Assembly: GCA_046538485.1 (NCBI GenBank)
Contig: JBKHIT010000024.1
Location: forward strand, 1-64,000
DNA length: 64,000 nucleotides
Direction: 5' to 3'
DNA from: Candidatus Brocadiia bacterium
GTDB taxonomy: Bacteria; Planctomycetota; Brocadiia; SM23-32
In this document: one piece after another, positions 50,901-59,200 of the stretch
How positions within the stretch are numbered: the first letter of the stretch is position 1
Layout: each line of letters opens with the position of its first letter
Program-made: the position numbers and the translations under genes
The notes under the pieces: model-generated
Told to the model about the DNA's origin: nothing
What the model saw: only the letters and a program-made list of their open reading frames with translations
The model's database searches: none

Positions 50901-51166
50901 GTCGCCCCCATATCGTTGATGCGATCATTGACGGACAGATCGCCATAGTGATCAATACTCCCAGCGGGAAGCATCCTCGCGAAGATGAAATTGCGATTCG
51001 CAGCACATCCTGGGCGAGACATGTCCCAATCATTACAACGGTTCCGGGAGCCGTTGCGGCCGCACAGGCTGTGAAAGAAATGGCCAGCGAGCCACTCGGT
51101 ATCAAAGCCCTCCAGGAATATATTGCCGATACCCGCGGAGAGGCCCCTCAGCCACGCCTCGGATGA
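47912..51166 (+). CDS. carB: Carbamoyl-phosphate synthase large subunit
   Basis: MPKRTD, IGQACEFDYSG, IGQGIEFDYCCVH, GPEMKSTGE, C-terminal MGS domain. Confidence 0.97.
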   Translation: MPKRTDLEKILMIGSGPVIIGQACEFDYSGSQACKALLEEGYEVVLINSNPATIMTDPVMAHRTYIEPITADVIEKIIDRERPDAILPTLGGQTGLNVAVFLAEKGVYDKYGVEVLGCNPEAISTAEDRELFKEAITEIGLQVPGSGIARSVEEGMAIVDEIGLPVIIRPAFTLGGTGGSTAYNLEEAPELINTGLDSSPVNEVLVEESVIGWKEIEYEVMRDCKDNVILVTSMENVDPMGVHTGDSAVVAPSQTLTAREYARYIDYCHRIIRRIGVGGGGINIQFADDPESEDVMVIEVNPRLSRSSALASKATGFPIARIATKLAVGYSLDEVLNDVTGCTWTLQEPTVDYCVYKTARFTFEKFPSAERVINTSMKGVGESMSIGRTFKESFQKGLRSLEIGRYGFGADGKDPEELPPEEKIVAKLSKPNDERYFYIRYAFQHGFDVERVHQLSKMDRWFLRNFKELVDFEDELKATDCASIDAETMHKAKNWGYSDRQIAFLLDCEESEIRARRKELGVAPSYKLADTCAGEVEADRPYFYSAYEEVNESRATDKKKVMILGGGPNRIGQGIEFDYCCVHAAMAVREDGMEAVMVNCNPETVSTDYDTSDRLYFEPMTSEDVLNIVEEEDPWGVILQFGGQTPLNISAELEENGVPLLGTSPRSIDLAEDRKQFSNLITELGLQQAPNGSGTSYQEALEIASRIGFPVLVRPSFVLGGRAMEIVYDEEELEHFMTEAVDASPERPVLVDKFLEEAIEVDVDAVSDGENTVIGAIMEHIEEAGVHSGDSACVIPPQTLSDEVCDEIARQTRALAEALEVVGLINVQYAVQNGEVYVLEVNPRASRTIPFVSKTIGVSLANIATRVMLGYSLEETDLTEQIVPEHVAVKEAVFPFARFPGIDTQLGPEMKSTGEVMGLSDDFGLAFAKAQIAAGHVLPTEGTAFFSLRDRDKVPEMAKVARTFSEVGLDLCATDGTGKFLRAEGLEVERINKVREGRPHIVDAIIDGQIAIVINTPSGKHPREDEIAIRSTSWARHVPIITTVPGAVAAAQAVKEMASEPLGIKALQEYIADTRGEAPQPRLG

Positions 51167-51220
51167 GGAACCGCCTTTTGAGGCAAAAAGCAGGCCGTTC
51201 TGTCGCGATCGTGATCCCGT

Positions 51221-52267
51221 ATGGAGGTGTCAGAAGTGACTTCCCGTGAACGTGTTTGCCGTGCTCTTCGTTTTGAAGGACCGGATCGTCCGCCACGCGA
51301 CCTCTGGACCCTTGAATATGCCCGGATGCCCGAACGACTTGAGGAACTGGAAAGGATCCGGGAGCGGTTTCCGATGGATTTCCAGGACCTCCCGGTCAAG
51401 GGGGGAGAGGCGGATCGTGCCGAGGGAGAAAAGGGAGTTGTCGGAAGTTACGTGGACCTCTGGGGTTCTCGCTGGGAGGTGGCGGAACAGGGCGTGATCG
51501 GGGAGGTCAAACAACCGGCCCTTGCCGACTGGGACGAATTTGGAGCGTACGAGGCTCCCTGGGAATGGCTGGAAACGACCGATTTGAGCGAAGTTAATCC
51601 CGTCTACGAAAAAAGCCAAAAATTCTGCATCTGGCGTGTGAGTGCCCGACCATTCGAGAGGATTCAGTTCATACGTGGCCCGGAAAATTTATACTACGAT
51701 CTGGCCACGCGGCCCAACGATGTTCGGGCTTTGCTTGATCTGCTCCATGAGTTCTACATGCGGGAGATCGAGATGTGGAAAGATCATAAAGCGGATGCTC
51801 TCTGGTTCATGGATGATTGGGGCACACAGCAGGGACTTCTCATTGCGCCCGATATGTGGCGGGAGATGTTCAAACCGCTCTACCGCGATTACGTCGAAGC
51901 GATTCACGATCAGGGCAAGTTCGCGTTTTTCCATTCGGATGGGCATATCGAAGCAATCTACGGCGATCTGATTGAGATCGGTCTCGATGCGATCAATTCG
52001 CAGCTTTTCTGTATGGATATCGAAAAACTGGGAGAAAAGTATGCCGGGGATGTGACGTTCTGGGGTGAGATCGACCGCCAGCACCTGCTGCCCAACGCCT
52101 CGCCTGAAGATGTGAAAAGAGGGGTCCGGCGTGTTCGGAGGGCGCTTGATACCGGTCGCGGCGGCGTTATTGCTCAGTGCGAGTGGGGTCTCCGGGACCC
52201 GGCCGAAAATATCGAAGCGGTCTTCAAAGCCTGGGCCGAACCGCATCCGGATGAAGACCGAAGGTGA
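51221..52267 (+). CDS. Uroporphyrinogen decarboxylase-fold (URO-D/MtaA-like) protein
   Basis: TSRERV, DDWGTQ, FHSDG, FWGEIDRQ. Confidence 0.85.
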   Translation: MEVSEVTSRERVCRALRFEGPDRPPRDLWTLEYARMPERLEELERIRERFPMDFQDLPVKGGEADRAEGEKGVVGSYVDLWGSRWEVAEQGVIGEVKQPALADWDEFGAYEAPWEWLETTDLSEVNPVYEKSQKFCIWRVSARPFERIQFIRGPENLYYDLATRPNDVRALLDLLHEFYMREIEMWKDHKADALWFMDDWGTQQGLLIAPDMWREMFKPLYRDYVEAIHDQGKFAFFHSDGHIEAIYGDLIEIGLDAINSQLFCMDIEKLGEKYAGDVTFWGEIDRQHLLPNASPEDVKRGVRRVRRALDTGRGGVIAQCEWGLRDPAENIEAVFKAWAEPHPDEDRR

Positions 52268-52297
52268 AATGCAAGAGGCGGTCCTCTACGCCGTGGC

Positions 52298-53599
52298 TCA
52301 ATCCTCTTCCTCGATCCTCGCAAGGACCGAACCCGCGTGGGCGTTGAGCTGTTCGGCCTCGGCGATTCTGGTAAGTTTCGGGGCGTCTTCGACCAGGGAG
52401 TCGCGATCATACCGGACAACACTCGAACTCTTCATGAAATGGTTGGCCGTCAGCCCGCTGCTGAATCGGGCCGTTCCACCGGTGGGAAGCGTGTGGGATG
52501 GGCCCGCGATATAATCGCCCACGGCGACCGGAGTGAAATGCCCGAGGAATATCGCTCCCGCGTGCCGGACGTCTTCGCAAATATCCTCCGCGTTATCGCT
52601 CATGATCACGAGGTGTTCCGGGGCGATTCGATTGCTCAGCGCTACGGATTCAATGGTGTTCTGGGTGAGAATTATAGCGCCAAATTCTTCGAGACACCGC
52701 TGGATGTCTTCCGAGCGTGGTAAGGTTGCAGCTTGTTCTTCCAATTCGGCTCTCGTGTCTTCGGCGAGATTGGCGGAATCGGTCAGAAGGGTTGCACTTC
52801 CGCGGGTGTGCTCGGCCTGAGCCAGAAGCTCAGCGGCCACCCAGCGGGCGTTTGCGGTTTCGTCGGCGATAACCACCACCTCGCTCGGACCAGCTATCAT
52901 GTCGATGCCCACGTGTCCAAATACGGCTTTTTTTGCGGAGGCAACGTAGACATTGCCCGGTCCGGCGATGTAGTCGACGGGTTTGATTGTTTCCGTGCCG
53001 AAAGCCAGAGCAGCAACGGCCTGGGCACCGAAGACCCGGTAGATTTCGGTAGCCCCGGCGATGCGCGCGGCGGCAAGACGATCGGCTGAGACGGTACCGT
53101 CGCGCTCGGGCGGGGTGATCATGCAGATTCTTTCGACACCGGCCACGGCGGCGGGTATGACGTTCATCAGAACGCTTGAGGCAAGCGAGGCCGAGGCCCC
53201 GGGCACGCAGATCCCCGCGGATTCAACCGGGCTGTAATGTAAAGAAAGCTGGCGCCCCTCTTTGCGGAGGGGGTCGGGATCGGCGAGCAGAATACTTTTC
53301 TGGAAATCACATATACGTTGGGCTGCCGTTTCCAATGCTTCCGTCAGTTCGCGCGGAACGGCCGCAAAAGCGGCGTCAATTTCATCCTCGCTGACCCGCA
53401 TTCGCTCGGGGGCCAGCTTCACCCCATCGAATCTCTCGGTGTAGTCCAGCAAAGCATCATCGCCGCAGTTCCTGACGGTGTCGACGATCTCAAACACGCG
53501 TTTTCTGGTGGTCTGGACTTCTTGCGAGGCGAGTCCCTGACCGGCATCGAAACGGGATTCGAAATCCGTTTCAGAAGTTTTGAGTTCGGGCAAAATCAT
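52298..53599 (-). CDS. hisD: Histidinol dehydrogenase
   Basis: GPGNVYV, AGPSE, AQAEH, APEHL, GDYIAGPSHTLPT. Confidence 0.93.
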   Translation of the reverse strand: MILPELKTSETDFESRFDAGQGLASQEVQTTRKRVFEIVDTVRNCGDDALLDYTERFDGVKLAPERMRVSEDEIDAAFAAVPRELTEALETAAQRICDFQKSILLADPDPLRKEGRQLSLHYSPVESAGICVPGASASLASSVLMNVIPAAVAGVERICMITPPERDGTVSADRLAAARIAGATEIYRVFGAQAVAALAFGTETIKPVDYIAGPGNVYVASAKKAVFGHVGIDMIAGPSEVVVIADETANARWVAAELLAQAEHTRGSATLLTDSANLAEDTRAELEEQAATLPRSEDIQRCLEEFGAIILTQNTIESVALSNRIAPEHLVIMSDNAEDICEDVRHAGAIFLGHFTPVAVGDYIAGPSHTLPTGGTARFSSGLTANHFMKSSSVVRYDRDSLVEDAPKLTRIAEAEQLNAHAGSVLARIEEED

Positions 53600-53657
53600 T
53601 CTCGGACTCCCGGACAGCAGATTGGGGGATCGGGGCGGGAAGGAGTAGCGGCTTCAA

Positions 53658-53894
53658 TCAGCCAGCGGGAGACGAATCGGAGTCCCCGGTTTCCAGTTCT
53701 TTCAGTTCTTCCTCTTCGGCTTCGTTAACGGCGGACTGCACGCCTTCATTGACGTCGTGCATCCCTTTTTTGAATTCCTGGATTCCCTGTCCCATCGACC
53801 GCATAACTTCCGGCAGCCGTTTGCCAAAAAGCAACAGCGCCACGATGAGGATAATAATCCACTCGTAACCGCCTGGGCCGAAGAAAGCTAACAT
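53658..53894 (-). CDS. tatA: Twin-arginine translocase TatA
   Basis: LLLFGKRLPEVMRSMGQGIQEFKKG; AGGAGG RBS. Confidence 0.93.
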   Translation of the reverse strand: MLAFFGPGGYEWIIILIVALLLFGKRLPEVMRSMGQGIQEFKKGMHDVNEGVQSAVNEAEEEELKELETGDSDSSPAG

Positions 53895-54076
53895 GTTTTA
53901 TCCTCCTGTTTTAACGGGGGCAAGATGCCTGCCGGCTCATTATTTTATTATATGAGGGGTCGTAGACTTTTGTAAAGTGGTCTTATCCGATCGGCGTTTT
54001 GCTTTTCGACCGCAGCTGCCTTACAATGCGCGGCCTTTCGTCCGCAATATCTGTCCCTTTTCCGGTGGGCCCGAGC

Positions 54077-54949
54077 ATGAAAACGTTTTTTGATTGCGTC
54101 CCATGTTTTATCCAGCAGACTCTTGATGCCGCTCGAATGGCGACCGAGGACAAGACGGTTCAGGAGGAGATCCTCCGGTCGGTGCTTGAGGAAACGGCTC
54201 ATCTTTCCTTTTCCGAAACCCCGCCGCATATGGCGCGCCGTATTCATCGCATTATCCGTGAGTGTAGTGGGTGCAGCGATCCGTATGCGGCCGTGAAGCG
54301 TCATTTTAATGAACTGGCTCTTGGAGAACTTGAGGAGTTGCGAAGCCGGGTCGAGGATTCGCCCAACCCTTTCGAAACCGCCGTCCGCCTTGCAATCGCG
54401 GGTAATATTATCGACTTTGGCGTGGCATCGTGGGATTCGGAGTCACCCCTCTGGGATACGATCGAGGAAGTGCTGGAACGACCGTTTGATATAAATGACC
54501 TGCCCCGATTCCACGCGGCGGTTGAGGAAGCCGACGAAATCCTCTACCTCGGCGATAACACCGGCGAAATCGTGCTGGACCAGCTTTTGATCGAGCAGCT
54601 GCCCACCGAGCGTGTCGTTTACGCCGTGAAAGGAGCGCCGATTATCAACGATGCGACACTGCAAGATGCCAGGGAAACCGGTATGGTGGATCTGGTGGAG
54701 GTCGTGGAAAACGGTTCGGATGCCCCCGGGACGATCCTGGATTTGTGCAATGAGTCGTTCCGGGAGCTTTTCTGGCAATCCGACCTCGTGATATCAAAAG
54801 GGCAGGCCAATTATGAGACTCTCAGCAAGAACGGCAAAGCAGGGCTTTTCTTCCTGCTGAAAGTTAAATGTCCGGTTGTCGCCCGAGATCTGAACTGCGA
54901 GATCGGGAGCATTATCGTCAGGGAGACCGAAAATGGAAACGGCGCATAA
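54077..54949 (+). CDS. DUF89/ARMT1-like metal-dependent phosphatase
   Basis: DCVPC, AIAGNIIDFG, DNTGE, INDAT, KGQANYE. Confidence 0.9.
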   Translation: MKTFFDCVPCFIQQTLDAARMATEDKTVQEEILRSVLEETAHLSFSETPPHMARRIHRIIRECSGCSDPYAAVKRHFNELALGELEELRSRVEDSPNPFETAVRLAIAGNIIDFGVASWDSESPLWDTIEEVLERPFDINDLPRFHAAVEEADEILYLGDNTGEIVLDQLLIEQLPTERVVYAVKGAPIINDATLQDARETGMVDLVEVVENGSDAPGTILDLCNESFRELFWQSDLVISKGQANYETLSKNGKAGLFFLLKVKCPVVARDLNCEIGSIIVRETENGNGA

Positions 54950-55775
54950 CGTCCGGCTCACTGTGCTGGTGGAGAATAATGCCGACCCTGCTTCTCTTGG
55001 TTCTGAACACGGATGGTCTGTCCTGGTGGAGACCGACGATAGTTGCGGCTTGTTCGATACCGGACAGTCGGGGCTTGTGGTCGATAATGCCTCTGCCCTT
55101 GACGTTGACCTGCGTGAGCTGGAATGGATTGTACTGAGCCACGGTCACTATGATCACACCGGCGGGCTCGAAGCTGTTTTAACCGAAGCAGAATCGGTCA
55201 CCGTCTACTGCCACCCGGAAGCGTTTCCAATGAAATTCGTCCGCGAAGACGACGGATGCTACCGGGACGCCGGCATGGAACTCAGTCGTCAGGTGATCAA
55301 CGAAAAAGGGGCAGACCTGAAAGTCATCCCCCGGGCTGCGAAAATAGGAAAAGGCCTGACGACAACGGGCGAAATCCCTCGGGTAACCGATTTCGAGCCG
55401 ATTCCGGAACGGTTTTTCCTGGCGCGCGACGGCGAAAGAGTGCCGGACCAGTTCCGCGACGACCAGGCTATGGTTTTTTCCTGTGAACAAGGTCTTGTGG
55501 TGCTGGTCGGCTGCGCGCACGCCGGAGTCGTCAATACCGTCAAACATGCGATTGAACTGACCGGGATCGACAGAGTGTATGCGGTTATTGGGGGGATGCA
55601 TCTGGGCCGCGCTTGCGAAAAGCGGCTGGCCCAAACCGTCCGGGCGTTCCAGGAGTTGGAGGTTGAAATGGTTGGTCCCGCCCATTGCACCGGCCAGAAG
55701 GCAACTGCGCAATTCAAACGTGAATTTGGCGATGGGTGTCTTTCCTGCCCGGCCGGCACAAGACTCGAATTTTGA
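54933..55775 (+). CDS. Metallo-beta-lactamase fold hydrolase
   Basis: EHGWS, FDTG, SHGHYDH, GCAHAG, GGMHL, HCTG. Confidence 0.9.
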   Translation: METAHNVRLTVLVENNADPASLGSEHGWSVLVETDDSCGLFDTGQSGLVVDNASALDVDLRELEWIVLSHGHYDHTGGLEAVLTEAESVTVYCHPEAFPMKFVREDDGCYRDAGMELSRQVINEKGADLKVIPRAAKIGKGLTTTGEIPRVTDFEPIPERFFLARDGERVPDQFRDDQAMVFSCEQGLVVLVGCAHAGVVNTVKHAIELTGIDRVYAVIGGMHLGRACEKRLAQTVRAFQELEVEMVGPAHCTGQKATAQFKREFGDGCLSCPAGTRLEF

Positions 55776-55793
55776 CCCGGGAGTCACGATCTA

Positions 55794-57305
55794 ATGTCTC
55801 AGCCTAACGTTCTTTTTGTTACAAGCGATCAGCAGCACCACGATACCCTCGGCGTGGCAAATCCCCGGATTCAGACGCCGAATCTGGACCGATTGGCGAA
55901 CGAGGGGGCCCGGTTCGACCGGGCGTATTGCTGCAACCCCGTCTGTTCTCCGGCGCGCTCCAGCATGATCACCGGGATGTATCCGGCCTGGCACGGATGC
56001 TGGACGATCGGCGTTAAATTGCCGGAAGACGTTCCGACCGTCGGCGATGTTTACCAGGAGAACGATTACGCCAGCTTTCTGATCGGCAAAGCCCATTTTC
56101 AGCCGCTGGCATCGACCGAGGAAAGTCCGTCCATTGAATGCCAGCCGACTCTGCGAGATCTGGATTTCTGGCGCGATTTTCACGGTCCGTGGTACGGTTT
56201 CGAGCACGTTGAGATGGCCCGCAACCACGCGGATGAATCGCATGTCGGACAGCACTACGCAATCTGGATGGAAGAACAGGGCCTGGAGAACTGGCGGGAT
56301 TATTTCCGCTCCTGGCCGCCTGACCCCGACGAAAAACGGCGCCATCATCACTGGGACCTGCCCGAAGAATACCACTACACCCACTGGACAGCGGAAAGAA
56401 CGATAGCAAAGATTGAGGAATGCGTGGAGGAAGGACGGCCGTTTTTCGGGATGTGCAATTTCCACGATCCCCATCCCGCTTATCTGGTTCCTGAACCATG
56501 GGATACGATGTACGATCCCGACGATATGGAACCCGGTCGGTTTGTGGAAGGCGAGATGGACGATATGCCTCCCCATTTCCAGAAAACCCGAGAAGAAAAC
56601 CCCGATTTTTCGATGTATCAGGAAACCGAACATTATAACCATGGTTTTCGCTCGCACGTGCATGACCGCGAGACGCTGAAGCAAGATATGGCCGTCTACT
56701 ACGGGATGATCAGTTTTATGGACCGCGAGATTGGGCGCGTGCTGAATGCCCTGGACCGGCTGGGGATTGCCGAAGACACGCTGGTGGTTTTCACAACAGA
56801 CCACGGCCATCTTCTCGGCCACCACGGATTGGTTGCCAAGGGGGCTTTCCATTACGAAGATTTGGTCAAAATCCCGATGCTGGCGCGGTACCCGGGATGT
56901 ATACCGGCGGGGGCCGTGGTTTCGGCCCTTCAGTCGCAGGTCGATCTGCCCGTGACGTTCCTTGAGGCCTGTGGCATCGAAGCTCCCGGCTACATGCAAG
57001 GAACTGATCAGCTCGATGTATGGGCGGGGGAGAAAGATTCGGCACGAAACCACGTGATGGTGGAAAACCGCCATCAGCCGACGGCTATCCATTTACGCAC
57101 TTACGTGGACGAAAGATACAAAATCACCGTCTACCGGGACGAGTCGTATGGTGAGCTGTTTGATTTGCAAGAGGACCCCGAGGAACATAGCAATTTGTGG
57201 CACGATCCCGAATATACGGAGCTGAAAGCCGAAGTCCTGCACCGTTTTGCTAACGCCGAGCTGGTCCGGGAACCCACCCGCATGCCCCGCATTGCCGTTG
57301 CTTGA
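55794..57305 (+). CDS. Sulfatase (formylglycine-dependent)
   Basis: PNVLFVTSDQ, CSPAR (CxPxR), GKAH, TDHG, ELFDLQEDP. Confidence 0.93.
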   Translation: MSQPNVLFVTSDQQHHDTLGVANPRIQTPNLDRLANEGARFDRAYCCNPVCSPARSSMITGMYPAWHGCWTIGVKLPEDVPTVGDVYQENDYASFLIGKAHFQPLASTEESPSIECQPTLRDLDFWRDFHGPWYGFEHVEMARNHADESHVGQHYAIWMEEQGLENWRDYFRSWPPDPDEKRRHHHWDLPEEYHYTHWTAERTIAKIEECVEEGRPFFGMCNFHDPHPAYLVPEPWDTMYDPDDMEPGRFVEGEMDDMPPHFQKTREENPDFSMYQETEHYNHGFRSHVHDRETLKQDMAVYYGMISFMDREIGRVLNALDRLGIAEDTLVVFTTDHGHLLGHHGLVAKGAFHYEDLVKIPMLARYPGCIPAGAVVSALQSQVDLPVTFLEACGIEAPGYMQGTDQLDVWAGEKDSARNHVMVENRHQPTAIHLRTYVDERYKITVYRDESYGELFDLQEDPEEHSNLWHDPEYTELKAEVLHRFANAELVREPTRMPRIAVA

Positions 57306-57410
57306 ATACGGTCGGCGCTGGTTTGTTCACCGTTGCTGTTTTTGAGTCCCTGTCGGCCCTTATGTCCTTTTCGCTTTTTATGGTCTCAGTGTTCCGCGGC
57401 TGGTGACGAG

Positions 57411-57439
57411 TTGACGTAACAGCGGCTGATGGATAAAGT
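57411..57439 (+). promoter_or_regulatory. Putative sigma70 promoter of tRNA-Leu
   Basis: TTGACG-N17-TAAAGT, 13 bp upstream of the tRNA. Confidence 0.55.
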
Positions 57440-57452
57440 GGAAAGAAACGGT

Positions 57453-57542
57453 GCGAGGGTGGCGGAATTTGGCAGACGCGCTGGACTTAGGATCCAGTGG
57501 CCTTTCGAGGCCTTGCGGGTTCGAATCCCGCCCTTCGCACCA
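57453..57542 (+). tRNA. tRNA-Leu (anticodon TAG)
   Basis: GCGAGGG/CCTTCGC acceptor stem, CTGGA-CTTAGGA-TCCAG anticodon arm, long variable arm, GGTTCGAATCC T-arm, encoded CCA. Confidence 0.96.
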
Positions 57543-57809
57543 CCCTTATCCCCACGATAGGCAGCCTTTTAGCCAGTATACTAAATGTCAGTATTGTTGG
57601 GGCCAACCGGATAAATGATAGCACCTATTTGATAGCACTTTGCTATCAGGAGTTATTTCATGGCTGACATTTGGTGGTATGAAAAACGGGATTGCTGGTG
57701 CGCGGATGTCCCAGATCCGGAAAAAAGTGCAAAGCCAACCCCTCGGTGATTTTTTTTCTCGTGATATACTGTGTAAATGGGCGACGAAGGCCATATCCTG
57801 TTCTTTAAA

Positions 57810-58104
57810 GGTAAGTATTCGGTGAACCACGTTGGCCTTTCTTCGGCACGCCGGGCCTCCTCCGATCCCCCGCCGGTGGAGGCAACGGATTAACAAACGT
57901 TTCGGATTTGAGTTCAGTATCCGGGTCTGCGAGTGCGGAGTTCGATAACCACGGCACACGCTTCCGCCGTTCAGTACGTTGTTTCCTCCGGGGCACGACC
58001 GGAGGAGAGCGTTAAAGTTCGTTCTGGCGCGTAGTGGCCAATCATGCTTCCACCGGCACAGGGCGCGGCTGGGACGGGCCAACGTGGTTCACTGAATACT
58101 TACC
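57810..58104. mobile_element. MITE-like element, 295 bp, with 28-bp terminal inverted repeats
   Basis: Left end GGTAAGTATTCGGTGAACCACGTTGGCC (57810-57837); the right end (58077-58104) reverse-complements to it with 1 mismatch; no transposase inside. Confidence 0.75.
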
Positions 58105-58265
58105 CGAAAACCGCGTCTAAGCTTTCTGAGAGGCCCCAAAAAGTTGTAAACCCATTTTAAGCAAATAGGTGTGATGGCCCGACCCCAGTGCTCCGGAATT
58201 GGTCCGGAAATATATATTTGCTATGGCACGACCCCCGTACCGCCGCCCCCCTTACCGCCGTCAGC

Positions 58266-58349
58266 CTACTTCCCCGTCGGTGCCTTCCAGACCAGAACGG
58301 TTCCGTCAAGATCTCCGGAGGAGGCTAAGTGGGAAATATCGGTTGATAA
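58266..58349 (-). pseudogene. Orphan WD40-repeat C-terminal fragment
   Basis: The minus strand reads LSTDISHLASSGDLDGTVLVWKAPTGK-stop; nothing recognisable upstream. Confidence 0.4.
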
Positions 58350-58474
58350 GCCTGTTTCATGCGGTAAACTACCAGAGCAGGTGGATTGAGGCCGCCTGAT
58401 ATTCAACGCATGCTGTGGTATGACCTGTTGCGTACGCGATAATAGCCCAACAAAACTGTTCGGGGGGGGTGATT

Positions 58475-59170
58475 ATGAGGCGCGCAAAGCCACACGGAGA
58501 GTCCGGATTTACTTTAATAGAACTTCTGGTCGTCATCGCAATTATAGCCATTCTGGCGGCGATGTTGATGCCGGCGCTGGAACGGGCGCGGGAGGCGGCG
58601 CGAAAAGCTGTTTGCAGTTCCAACCTGCGGCAGAGCGGCCTTGCTGCCATCTTATACGCTCAGGACCATGGTGGTGCGTTGCCAATGCCCAAGATCCATG
58701 ATACCAGTGGCCAGAAGCTGCCTTACGCGGTAGACCCCTGGCAATACGATAGCCTGCAACCGTATGGATTTCGTTATCAGGGACTCGGCTGTCCCAGTTT
58801 CCTGAGGCGCGCTCCGTGGTGGGAAGAGCACGTCACCGGTGGCACTTGGGGTGATCGCTATCGATTCGGCATGGCCATGGCTACTCGGCTGCTGGATAAC
58901 GTGGGTGAACCAACGGATGTCCCCAGTTCCGCCGTAACCCTCCGAGACAAGCGGTCGGCTGAAGAGGTTGTATTTGTCGACATGGTGCACAGACGCGGCG
59001 ACATCTGGGGCGACGGCGACGATCACGTGGTTCACACCCGCACAAACGGGGTGTTGCCTGCCGGCGGCAATGTTACATACCTGGACGGACACACCGAGTG
59101 GGTCCGTTTCAAAGACATGGAAGAACGTTTCGACTGGGCGCCCTATATCGGCCGCGCCTTTTGGTGGTAA
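58475..59170 (+). CDS. Prepilin-type N-terminal cleavage/methylation protein (DUF1559-like, H-X9-DG type)
   Basis: [36 protein letters not shown]-terminal GNVTYLDGH. Confidence 0.9.
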   Translation: MRRAKPHGESGFTLIELLVVIAIIAILAAMLMPALERAREAARKAVCSSNLRQSGLAAILYAQDHGGALPMPKIHDTSGQKLPYAVDPWQYDSLQPYGFRYQGLGCPSFLRRAPWWEEHVTGGTWGDRYRFGMAMATRLLDNVGEPTDVPSSAVTLRDKRSAEEVVFVDMVHRRGDIWGDGDDHVVHTRTNGVLPAGGNVTYLDGHTEWVRFKDMEERFDWAPYIGRAFWW

Positions 59171-59200
59171 AAATACAGAACCGACTCAAGGACCTCTATC

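Noticed and set aside
55791..57092. Long antisense ORFs (433 aa here; also 49196-50272, 45773-46738, 33227-34309, 59315-60250)
   Set aside because: They are shadows of well-supported genes on the opposite strand and have no recognisable motifs.
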